DNA of 43,353 nt from a virus (taxonomy: Duplodnaviria; Caudoviricetes): the IMG/VR virus record IMGVR_UViG_3300037461_000389, positions 1 to 43,353 of that record. The stretch is one strand, 5' to 3'. The position numbers and the translations under genes were made by a program. Shown in pieces: positions 15,995-23,672 of the stretch. How positions within the stretch are numbered: the stretch's first letter is position 1; each line of letters opens with the position of its first letter. The notes below the pieces were generated by a model. It did not search any database and was not told where the DNA came from. It worked only from the letters and a program-made list of their open reading frames with translations.

Positions 15995-16915
15995 ATGGCA
16001 GTAACACATATACAGATTGACACGATCAGCTTGATCCCAGAACTACAGCACCGCCCCCGCGAATCCGAAAAGGTTAAAGAATACGCCGACCTGATTACGG
16101 CAGGCGTCAAACTCCCGCCCGTGTTTGTCGTCTTTGACGGCAGGGAGTTTTTGCTGGTGGATGGTTTTCACCGGCTGGCCGCACACGAGCAGGCTGGAAT
16201 AAAGGAGATAGCGGCCAACATCGTCAACGCGACACGGCTTGACGCAATATGGGCCTCCTTCTCCGCCAACACAAAACACGGGGTACCCCTGACACGCGAG
16301 CAGAAGCGAGAGGTGATCCAGAAGATCATCAATGACCCGCAATGGAACACGAAAACCGACGAGCAAATTGCCACGCACGTCGGCGTCAGTTCCCGGTTTG
16401 TGCGGGGGGTTAGAGCGGAAGATACAAATGAGGACACGGAGCATCCGATAACCGGAACCGTTCCGGTTATGGGTACTGACGACTCCACAAATGAAGAATC
16501 GGAATCCTCATTATCTGACAAAAAATCAACAAAAGGCACCAAAAAGACAGCTCCAAAAGAGGAACAGCCCAAATTACCAACTACGGATTTTGCCGGGCAC
16601 ACACTGCCCAAGGATATCGCTGAACCGTTCGCCCGTATCGACGCGGCCAAGTCGTTTATGCACGACCTGTCTGTTATCAGAAATACCATCGACAACGCCA
16701 TAGCCGCCGGGGACATGCTGTGGATTCATCTGCCGCGATCCCAATTCAACGCCGACATGAAGAACGCATACGCCGCGATCAAATTCGCGATTCCCCATTC
16801 AGTCTGTCCATATTGCAAGGGCCGCACTTTCAAGACGTGCAAGGCGTGCAGCGGGGCCGGTTGGATGCCCAAGGAAATGTATGAGCGTGTGCCCGAAGAA
16901 ATCAGGGGGAAATAA
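15995..16915 (+). CDS. ParB-like (ParB/Srx domain + HTH + C-terminal Cys4 zinc finger) protein
   Basis: LPPVFV...LVDGFHRLAA (ParB GxxR box), HTH TDEQIATHVGVSSRFVRGVR, CPYCKG...CKACSG. Confidence 0.88.
   Translation: MAVTHIQIDTISLIPELQHRPRESEKVKEYADLITAGVKLPPVFVVFDGREFLLVDGFHRLAAHEQAGIKEIAANIVNATRLDAIWASFSANTKHGVPLTREQKREVIQKIINDPQWNTKTDEQIATHVGVSSRFVRGVRAEDTNEDTEHPITGTVPVMGTDDSTNEESESSLSDKKSTKGTKKTAPKEEQPKLPTTDFAGHTLPKDIAEPFARIDAAKSFMHDLSVIRNTIDNAIAAGDMLWIHLPRSQFNADMKNAYAAIKFAIPHSVCPYCKGRTFKTCKACSGAGWMPKEMYERVPEEIRGK
16448..16470. promoter_or_regulatory. Palindromic protein-binding site (parS-like), copy 2, inside the ParB-like gene
   Basis: ATAACCGGAA-CCG-TTCCGGTTAT, in the disordered linker just after the HTH. 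Confidence 0.75.
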
Positions 16916-16918
16916 ACC

Positions 16919-18646
16919 ATGATCCTGCGCCCCTACCAAACCGAAGCGTTGGACGGCATACGACAGGCGTTCGGTGGCTCGGCGAAATCGGCATTGCTGG
17001 TTATGGCAACCGGCCTCGGCAAGACCATAACATTCGCGGCACTGGCCAAGGAAGTCATGCCACTGGGAAAGATTCTTGTGCTGGCTCATCGCGAGGAATT
17101 AATTTTCCAAGCAGCCAATAAGATCAAAGAGGTTACTGGAGCCATCGTTGGCGTCGAAATGGGCGACGACCACGTCACCACAATCAGGTCGCATCAGCCG
17201 GACATCATCGTGTCAACGATCCAGACACAGATCGCAGGCATGGCCGGGGCCGGGCGAATGACGAAGTTTCACCCGGACGACTTTGTCCTGGTGGTTATTG
17301 ACGAGGCGCACCACGCCGCCGCAGAGACATACAAACGAGTCATAGACTATTACCGCGCCAACCCTTCTGTGTTAATCCTCGGGGTCACCGCTACGCCAGA
17401 CCGGGCCGACGAAATGGCACTTGGCCAAATCTTCGATACTGTCGCATTTGAGTATGACATCCTCAACGGCGTACAAGACGGGTGGCTCGTTCCCATCAGC
17501 CAGTCGGCTGTCACCGTCGATGGACTGGACTACTCGTCAGTACGAACCACGGCGGGAGAACTCAACGGGGCAGACCTGTCGGCGGTTCTGGAACAGGAGA
17601 AAATCCTGCACTCCATTGCTGGGCCTGCTATTGAATTGGCCGCCAGCAAGCGCACCCTTGTTTTTACCGCATCCGTGCATCAGGCGGAAAGACTGGCCGA
17701 AATCCTATCGCGGCACAAACCGGGATCGGCTCAGTATGTCTATGCTGGAACGCCATCCGACGAGCGGAGAAAATTGTTCCGCGACTATGCAGACGGCAAA
17801 TTTCAATTCCTCTGTAATTGCGGCATTGCCACAGAGGGATTCGACGACCCCGGCATTGGATGTATCGTGCTGGCGAGGCCAACGAAATCGAGAAGTCTGT
17901 ACGCACAAATGTGCGGACGTGGTACGCGGCCCCTGCCTGGCGTTGTCGACCCATACCGCGACGCAGACCCCACTGTGAGAATCGAAGCCATTAAAGCCAG
18001 CGCCAAACCCTGCATTGAGATCGTCGATTTTGTGGGCAACAGCGGACGACACAAACTCATCACCGCCGCCGACATCCTCGGGGGCGAGTACCCCGATGAG
18101 GTTGTCGAGAGAGCCAAGCGAAGCATTGAGGCCAAGTCGGGCCTGCCCACAGACGTTGCCACCGAACTCGAATTGGCCGAACGCGCTATCGAGGCCGAAC
18201 GAAGGCGGCTTGCGGAGCGCGCACAGAGGGCCAGAATCACGGCATCCGCCCACTACTCCACCAGAAAAATCGATCCATTCAACGTACTGTCCATCGCTCC
18301 GCACCGCGAGAAGGGGTGGAATGTTGGCCGCAAGCCCACAGAGAAACAGGCGGAGTTTCTTGAGAAATGGGGCGTTGACCCAAAAGACATGACTTTCACG
18401 CAGGCATCACAGGTTATCACCACGCTCATCCAGCGTCGAATGAAGGGCCTTTGCACCTACAAACAGGCCAAGGTACTACGGAAAAACGGCATTGATCCAG
18501 AAAACATGACATTCGATCAGGCCTCAAAAGAAATCACGCTTCTGGCCAGAAATTGGAAACGAAAGGACGCGAACAATGACACAGGTAGACCTACAGTGGG
18601 TACGGGTGTCACGGAAGAACCCCTGCCCCATATGTGGCAAGGTTGA
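16919..18646 (+). CDS. Superfamily 2 DEAH helicase
   Basis: LRPYQ, ATGLGKT, DEAHH, TATP, EGFD, QMCGRGTR. Confidence 0.95.
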   Translation: MILRPYQTEALDGIRQAFGGSAKSALLVMATGLGKTITFAALAKEVMPLGKILVLAHREELIFQAANKIKEVTGAIVGVEMGDDHVTTIRSHQPDIIVSTIQTQIAGMAGAGRMTKFHPDDFVLVVIDEAHHAAAETYKRVIDYYRANPSVLILGVTATPDRADEMALGQIFDTVAFEYDILNGVQDGWLVPISQSAVTVDGLDYSSVRTTAGELNGADLSAVLEQEKILHSIAGPAIELAASKRTLVFTASVHQAERLAEILSRHKPGSAQYVYAGTPSDERRKLFRDYADGKFQFLCNCGIATEGFDDPGIGCIVLARPTKSRSLYAQMCGRGTRPLPGVVDPYRDADPTVRIEAIKASAKPCIEIVDFVGNSGRHKLITAADILGGEYPDEVVERAKRSIEAKSGLPTDVATELELAERAIEAERRRLAERAQRARITASAHYSTRKIDPFNVLSIAPHREKGWNVGRKPTEKQAEFLEKWGVDPKDMTFTQASQVITTLIQRRMKGLCTYKQAKVLRKNGIDPENMTFDQASKEITLLARNWKRKDANNDTGRPTVGTGVTEEPLPHMWQG

Positions 18647-19445
18647 TTGGTGTGGCTACGCGCACAATACAAACCTTGTGATTTGCATGCGCGTGTCGTC
18701 ACAGGTTCCCACGTCCAACGGAGGCTGGCTCCACAAAGTCGGCGAAGTGAACGTCAAGCCCTTGCCGAAGCACACAAGGCCTATCGCACCAGAGCGTGAA
18801 CTTGACCTCTATGCCTTTCTCCTGCGCAGCCAACAGGCCCTCTCGGCGGAGAGACTCCACCTGTTGGCAACCTCACTCAAGGTAACAGGGCAATCGCTCT
18901 GTTATCTTGGGATGGGGTGGTGGGAAACACCACGAGGCGGATGCTACACGTTTCCAATGTACGACGGCACCGGCGCGCCGATTGGGATTCGGCTGCGACT
19001 CGAATCGGGCAAAAAGCTCACCATGCGAGGAACACATAACGGGATATTCTTGCCACTCAAGAACCCCACAAAGGGAAAAATGCCACTGATGATCTGCGAG
19101 GGGCCAACCGACTGTGCGGCATTGCTCGATCTTGGGTTTGACGTACTCGGGCGGCCAAGTTGCAGCGGAGGGATCGACATCGTCCGCTCATACCTTGCCG
19201 GGAAGCGGGCTGATGTCGTGATCGTGGCAGACCACGACAACGACAAGGTGAATCCTCAAGGCGTTACATTCAACCCCGGCATCGACGGGGCTTTGCAGCT
19301 TGCCAAAGGCCTCCGAGGCGTAGCTTGGTCAGTCAAGATCATCGTGCCGCTCGGCAAAGACGTCAGGGAATGGGTGGGCCGAGGCGCAACCCGCGTTGCG
19401 TTTGAGTCGCTCATCCGGAACGCCCGGCCTTGTAACATCACCTAA
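18576..19445 (+). CDS. DNA primase (Zn finger + TOPRIM)
   Basis: CPICGKVDWC...C zinc-binding domain. TOPRIM motifs ICEGPTD, ADHD, KDVR. Confidence 0.88.
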   Translation: MTQVDLQWVRVSRKNPCPICGKVDWCGYAHNTNLVICMRVSSQVPTSNGGWLHKVGEVNVKPLPKHTRPIAPERELDLYAFLLRSQQALSAERLHLLATSLKVTGQSLCYLGMGWWETPRGGCYTFPMYDGTGAPIGIRLRLESGKKLTMRGTHNGIFLPLKNPTKGKMPLMICEGPTDCAALLDLGFDVLGRPSCSGGIDIVRSYLAGKRADVVIVADHDNDKVNPQGVTFNPGIDGALQLAKGLRGVAWSVKIIVPLGKDVREWVGRGATRVAFESLIRNARPCNIT

Positions 19446-19514
19446 GACTATAGTCTTTAATATATATATATCTTGTAACAACAGTAACAACCTACAGAAG
19501 TCAGGGAGGATCAT

Positions 19515-20048
19515 ATGAGAGAAGTAAACGATATGAGTAATCTAACAAAGGTATCTGACGGGAAGGTGCCCATGCGTGTCAAGGCCATGATGAAGGGGGC
19601 CAGAGTCGTCAAGGTCATGTGTAACAATCGGGTGGACGCCGTGGTAGGCGGGAAGCTGTGCCATTTCCGATCCGAACTCGAGTACCGCTACGCCAACTAC
19701 CTCGAACTACTCAAAACCAACCGGCACATACGCGACTGGCAGTATGAGCCAAAACAATTCCAGTTTCGCCGGGAAGTCACCGGGGCTAAAGTTTACACCC
19801 CCGACTTCCGGGTCGTCACGAACACGGGCAAGTACGAATACCACGAGATTAAGGGGAACTTGACCGGGGAAGATATCACCAAGCTCCGCCGATTCGCCAA
19901 ACAAAACCCCGGCACGGATATCGACCTGATCCTCCAGCGCATCCCCGGCCAGCGAGCCAAGCAGAAGTACGTCAACCGAATCGAGGCCGCCCGAAAGTAT
20001 TGCCGCAGGGTCGTCGCCTTCAAAGACGTCACAAAGGGGCTGGTATGA
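19515..20048 (+). CDS. PD-(D/E)XK endonuclease (DUF1064-like)
   Basis: FRSELEYRY, WQYEP, YTPDF, HEIKG. Confidence 0.8.
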   Translation: MREVNDMSNLTKVSDGKVPMRVKAMMKGARVVKVMCNNRVDAVVGGKLCHFRSELEYRYANYLELLKTNRHIRDWQYEPKQFQFRREVTGAKVYTPDFRVVTNTGKYEYHEIKGNLTGEDITKLRRFAKQNPGTDIDLILQRIPGQRAKQKYVNRIEAARKYCRRVVAFKDVTKGLV

Positions 20049-20338
20049 AAACAATTACGCTTAGATTTTGCGTTGGCGAGACAGTGTACCCGGTCGAGTG
20101 GTTTGCTCCGGGTGGATTCTTTGTAGCAAAGTCTCCCCACACAATAGTTGGACTCAACAAAACAACGCGGGTAGACAAGGGCAGAGTCACATGGAACACG
20201 AGAAGGCGTGATAATTACCCATACATTTCGGTCCACACAGACCGGCTCATTTTTACTACCCTCCGCGAAGCCACCGAGAAATCCGAGCAAATGAATGAAG
20301 CCATAGGATTAAATTCAGGAGATGATAATGGAAAATGA
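20045..20338 (+). CDS. Hypothetical protein
   Basis: ATGA-coupled start MKTITLRFCVGETVY. Confidence 0.6.
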   Translation: MKTITLRFCVGETVYPVEWFAPGGFFVAKSPHTIVGLNKTTRVDKGRVTWNTRRRDNYPYISVHTDRLIFTTLREATEKSEQMNEAIGLNSGDDNGK

Positions 20339-20603
20339 AAAATCCATCCCAAGCATCATCGACGCAAAAGACAAAAAAACACCTCTCGTCATTTCGCAAT
20401 TGATTGCCCACCTCGAATGTCATGCGATGGAGGATGGTGAAGTAATGCTATGGGGAAGCACTACCCCCGCCGGAACCGCCATGACGATTGTACTCAAGAA
20501 CATGGAAGTGGCGGCGTTGACGAAATTCCTCATTAAACATTGTCTTAGCCATAAAAAATTAATGAAAGAAATAGCAGAATTTTTGTTTAGTGACCAACAA
20601 TGA
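20322..20603 (+). CDS. Hypothetical protein
   Basis: RBS AGGAG and operon packing. Confidence 0.6.
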   Translation: MIMENEKSIPSIIDAKDKKTPLVISQLIAHLECHAMEDGEVMLWGSTTPAGTAMTIVLKNMEVAALTKFLIKHCLSHKKLMKEIAEFLFSDQQ

Positions 20604-20875
20604 CTGTCGACCTGACCACCTGTCTGTTTCACGACGACCGAGTCGCCGTCGTACTGACCTTCCGCTACGGCATCCCGGTATGCTGGGAATGTTACCTTCC
20701 CACCGACATTTACCTATCGAGGTTCGGGTCCAGCTTCTACGGCAACGGGCCTGCCGCTGCCCACGTCACGCGATCTGCCTGCGACGGCCCCGTGACAGGG
20801 GCGGAGGGGGGATCGCAAGCCACAACCAAAGGCAGGGGCCTTCCTTGCCACAACGAAACGGAGAATAAACCATGA
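20600..20875 (+). CDS. Hypothetical protein (possible Zn-binding: CLFH...CWEC)
   Basis: ATGA overlaps at both ends. Confidence 0.55.
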   Translation: MTVDLTTCLFHDDRVAVVLTFRYGIPVCWECYLPTDIYLSRFGSSFYGNGPAAAHVTRSACDGPVTGAEGGSQATTKGRGLPCHNETENKP

Positions 20876-21330
20876 TGAATTACGAATTTCAAGCAATCCT
20901 CGACAAACGGCTCGTCCGCACCCGGGAACTTCTGGCCGAGAAATCGCAGCAATACTCGGTTGGCCAACTGGACCGACTATGTAATTTTCGCCGCGTTGGG
21001 AAAATGCTACATCATCCCATGAAGACAGTCCTATTCGGCTATGTCGGAAAGCATTGGGACGCCCTACTCCAGTACGAACAAATCGAGAGGGTCACGGGCG
21101 GATCAGTGGTGATCCCCATCGAGCAGTGGATCGACAAGCTCGAAGATGTCATCGCCTACATGATACTCCTTGAGGCCATTTGCCATGACCAAGAAAAAAT
21201 GCGACACGGCAACAAGACCGCTCCCAAGGCACCTGAGAACCCGGATGTTGCACCAACAGGCGAACCGGATTTACACGGAGATATTGATGGTTGCCAAACA
21301 AGGGGATATGACCCTCGAAGAGGCATTTAA
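20872..21330 (+). CDS. Nmad1/DUF1599-like all-helical nucleotide-modification-associated protein
   Basis: LL.EK..QYS...DRL.NF ... KH ... DKLEDVIAYMILL pattern. Confidence 0.65.
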   Translation: MMNYEFQAILDKRLVRTRELLAEKSQQYSVGQLDRLCNFRRVGKMLHHPMKTVLFGYVGKHWDALLQYEQIERVTGGSVVIPIEQWIDKLEDVIAYMILLEAICHDQEKMRHGNKTAPKAPENPDVAPTGEPDLHGDIDGCQTRGYDPRRGI

Positions 21331-21397
21331 CCTACAGGGAATGATATTTGACGACGTGTTAAAACAGGCCCTGTCGAGAACCAAGAAAGGAGATTAA
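21185..21397 (+). CDS. Hypothetical protein overlapping the 3' end of the previous gene
   Basis: ORF ends 1 nt before the next start. GAGG upstream of ATG 21185. Confidence 0.45.
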   Translation: MTKKKCDTATRPLPRHLRTRMLHQQANRIYTEILMVAKQGDMTLEEAFNLQGMIFDDVLKQALSRTKKGD

Positions 21398-21398
21398 C

Positions 21399-21884
21399 AT
21401 GCGCGACTATTGGCACAGTTTCATGAAGTTTTTGGACTACGAAAGAGGGAAGGTACTCGGGGCCATTGCGGCCATCGCACTGATTGGCTCGATGGTTGGC
21501 TGCGAAGTGGCGGTACCAAGCCCCCTGTCAAACTCCAAAGTAACCCGCATCCAGTTTACCTCGGAAGTGACACAGGCACAAACCGACCTTACCACGACGA
21601 AGGCGAAGCTGGACGCTCAGGTGGCGGCCTATAATGCTCAGGTTGAATTGCTGCAAAAACAAATTGCCGCCGCCGAGGACGCCTTTGGGAAAGCAGAGCA
21701 ATTCCGAGCCGATCTTATCGAGATTGCCGGAGGCGTGGCAACATCATTGACGGCTGGGACACCTATCGGCTGGCCAGCGATAATCGCATCGCTCGTGGGC
21801 ACGATGGGAGTACTCGGAACCGCCGGTGGGCTTTACGACTCGAACCGCAAGAACCGAATCATCGCGGAAGCCAAAACCCAATGA
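21399..21884 (+). CDS. Predicted lipoprotein with coiled coil and C-terminal hydrophobic helix (spanin-like topology)
   Basis: Hydrophobic stretch ending in lipobox-like MVGC, heptad-rich middle, then WPAIIASLVGTMGVLGTAGGL and a basic tail. Confidence 0.6.
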   Translation: MRDYWHSFMKFLDYERGKVLGAIAAIALIGSMVGCEVAVPSPLSNSKVTRIQFTSEVTQAQTDLTTTKAKLDAQVAAYNAQVELLQKQIAAAEDAFGKAEQFRADLIEIAGGVATSLTAGTPIGWPAIIASLVGTMGVLGTAGGLYDSNRKNRIIAEAKTQ

Positions 21885-21997
21885 TTGGCAATGTTATGCC
21901 TGAGCATTTGAAGTAGTCCTACATACCGCGGCTTGGTGCTGCGGGATTCCTGCCGCCTCTCACCGTCGGGGTCGAGGGGCGGCCTTTGGGAGAAACC

Positions 21998-22228
21998 ATG
22001 AGCGAGCGAAAATGCCCGGTGTGCGGGGAAAGCACAGGATTTATTTCCCTGCTGCACAAAATACAGAAACTACAGGCCGAGAACGAACGGCTGTTGGAAA
22101 TGAATAAAAACCTTGCGGCCATGTTTCAGGTTGCGGGGGCCGAGAACGCCGCATTGAAGGCCCAGTTGAAAGCTCACCAGAATTTCAACGCCGCCATGAC
22201 TGAGGCGTATGACGAGGGGAAGCCATGA
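21998..22228 (+). CDS. Small CxxC + coiled-coil hypothetical protein
   Basis: RBS GGGAG, MSERKCPVCG. Confidence 0.6.
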   Translation: MSERKCPVCGESTGFISLLHKIQKLQAENERLLEMNKNLAAMFQVAGAENAALKAQLKAHQNFNAAMTEAYDEGKP

Positions 22229-22248
22229 CGTACCGAATCCACTGCGGC
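22223..22248 (+). repeat. 26-bp direct repeat, left copy (CCATGACGTACCGAATCCACTGCGGC)
   Basis: Identical copy at 23062-23087. The pair flanks the PAPS-reductase gene. Confidence 0.95.
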
Positions 22249-22261
22249 GATGGAGAATGAA

Positions 22262-23032
22262 ATGCTAATCGAAACTACACTGTACGAACTAATTGACAAG
22301 GTACACATTGCCATTGAGCGGTTCAAAACCTTTGAGCCGAAAGAAGGATATTATCTTGCCTTTTCCGGCGGAAAGGACAGTGTGGTTATCTATCGACTTG
22401 CAGAAATGTCCGGCGCGAAATTTGACGCCCATTACAATCTGACAACCGTTGACCCTCCAGAACTGGTGCGTTTCATCCGGAAACAGTATCCACTCGTTCA
22501 GGTTCACCGACCGGATAAAACGATGTGGCAGTTGATTGTAAAACTACGTATGCCGCCTACTCGAATTGTCCGGTATTGCTGTGAAAATTTGAAGGAACGC
22601 GGAGGCGCAGATCGGCTCGTTGTTACTGGAATCCGGTGGGAAGAATCGGCAAAACGGTCGAAACGTAGGATGGTAGAGCCCTGCAAGAAACATTCCAGAA
22701 AAACATACATTCATCCAATTATCGACTGGACAGCTAAAGAGGTTTGGCAATTCATTCACGAAAACAATGTACCTTGTTCGGACCTGTACAACAAAGGGTA
22801 TCGCCGAATCGGATGTATCCTTTGCCCTATGCAGACGGCGTGGGAAAAAAAACGGGACATGGAATTGTTCCCGAAGTACGCCACAGCATACAAACATGCT
22901 TTCCAGCGGATGATCGACAAACGACGCAAGGATGGCCTTGAAACACAGTGGACAACCGGCCAAGAGGTATTTGACTGGTGGATAACAGACAAACACAAAC
23001 AGGACGACGACGGTTGTTGGTTATTTGAATGA
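22262..23032 (+). CDS. Phosphoadenosine phosphosulfate (PAPS) reductase family protein
   Basis: PP-loop AFSGGKDS, RYCC..LK, GIRWEES..R, PIIDW, RIGCILCP (CC + CxxC Fe-S ligands). Start 22262 follows GGAG. Confidence 0.92.
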   Translation: MLIETTLYELIDKVHIAIERFKTFEPKEGYYLAFSGGKDSVVIYRLAEMSGAKFDAHYNLTTVDPPELVRFIRKQYPLVQVHRPDKTMWQLIVKLRMPPTRIVRYCCENLKERGGADRLVVTGIRWEESAKRSKRRMVEPCKKHSRKTYIHPIIDWTAKEVWQFIHENNVPCSDLYNKGYRRIGCILCPMQTAWEKKRDMELFPKYATAYKHAFQRMIDKRRKDGLETQWTTGQEVFDWWITDKHKQDDDGCWLFE

Positions 23033-23061
23033 AACGAGTGCGGACTTTTACTGGGGTGAAT

Positions 23062-23087
23062 CCATGACGTACCGAATCCACTGCGGC
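23062..23087 (+). repeat. 26-bp direct repeat, right copy
   Basis: Identical to 22223-22248. Confidence 0.95.
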
Positions 23088-23215
23088 CTTTTACTGGGGA
23101 CAAAATGACCACCGTCGAAATCTTCAGGAGGACAAAATGAACATACTGGTAAGTGGGCTTACAAATAACGGGAATTAAAGATAAAACAGTCAATGATTTG
23201 AAAGGCGGAAAAGCT

Positions 23216-23476
23216 ATGGTTAAACCAGACATTATTATTGATAGGATCAACCGCAGGATTGGCGAGCTACGCGATTCCAACGACTACATTAAGTCGTCAG
23301 ATCAAGGGGCCGCCTTCGACGCTTGCCTTAAAGAACTAAAGGACATCCGAGCTTTCATCCAAAAGAAAATAGCCGAGGACGACAAGAAGACAGCGAAGGG
23401 AAAGCCCTCGGTTAATTTGCTGGACGAGGCGCTCGAAGATCAGGTACAGAAGGAGTCGGGCGATGAAGGAGATTAA
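23216..23476 (+). CDS. Hypothetical protein
   Basis: Start MVKPD after AGGCGG. Helical. Confidence 0.6.
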   Translation: MVKPDIIIDRINRRIGELRDSNDYIKSSDQGAAFDACLKELKDIRAFIQKKIAEDDKKTAKGKPSVNLLDEALEDQVQKESGDEGD

Positions 23477-23672
23477 CGCTTACCGCCGCCGTGGCCATAC
23501 CACCATTGCGCTGTCCGAGTCGCCCGAGCATCCGTTTCCATACACCATCGAAGTTGGCGACCCCGTCGTGACGCGGAGGGTATTTCCCACATATACAAAG
23601 GCAATGGAAGCGTTCCATGCCTTAGTCAAATCCTCAAAAATAGACAGGAAGAAATCGCATGGAGAACATTAA
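23463..23672 (+). CDS. Hypothetical protein
   Basis: RBS AAGGAG, overlaps both neighbours. Confidence 0.6.
   Translation: MKEINAYRRRGHTTIALSESPEHPFPYTIEVGDPVVTRRVFPTYTKAMEAFHALVKSSKIDRKKSHGEH

Noticed and set aside
13449-16915. ParA/ParB plasmid-prophage partition system
   Set aside because: The nearby ATPase has Sak4/AAA features and a classical rather than deviant Walker A motif, so it is not ParA. The phage also encodes int and attP.
22223-23140. CRISPR or mini-CRISPR array from the 26-bp and 11-bp repeats
   Set aside because: Only two copies each, spacing is irregular (839 bp for the 26-mer), there are no cas genes, and the repeats coincide with stop/start junctions.
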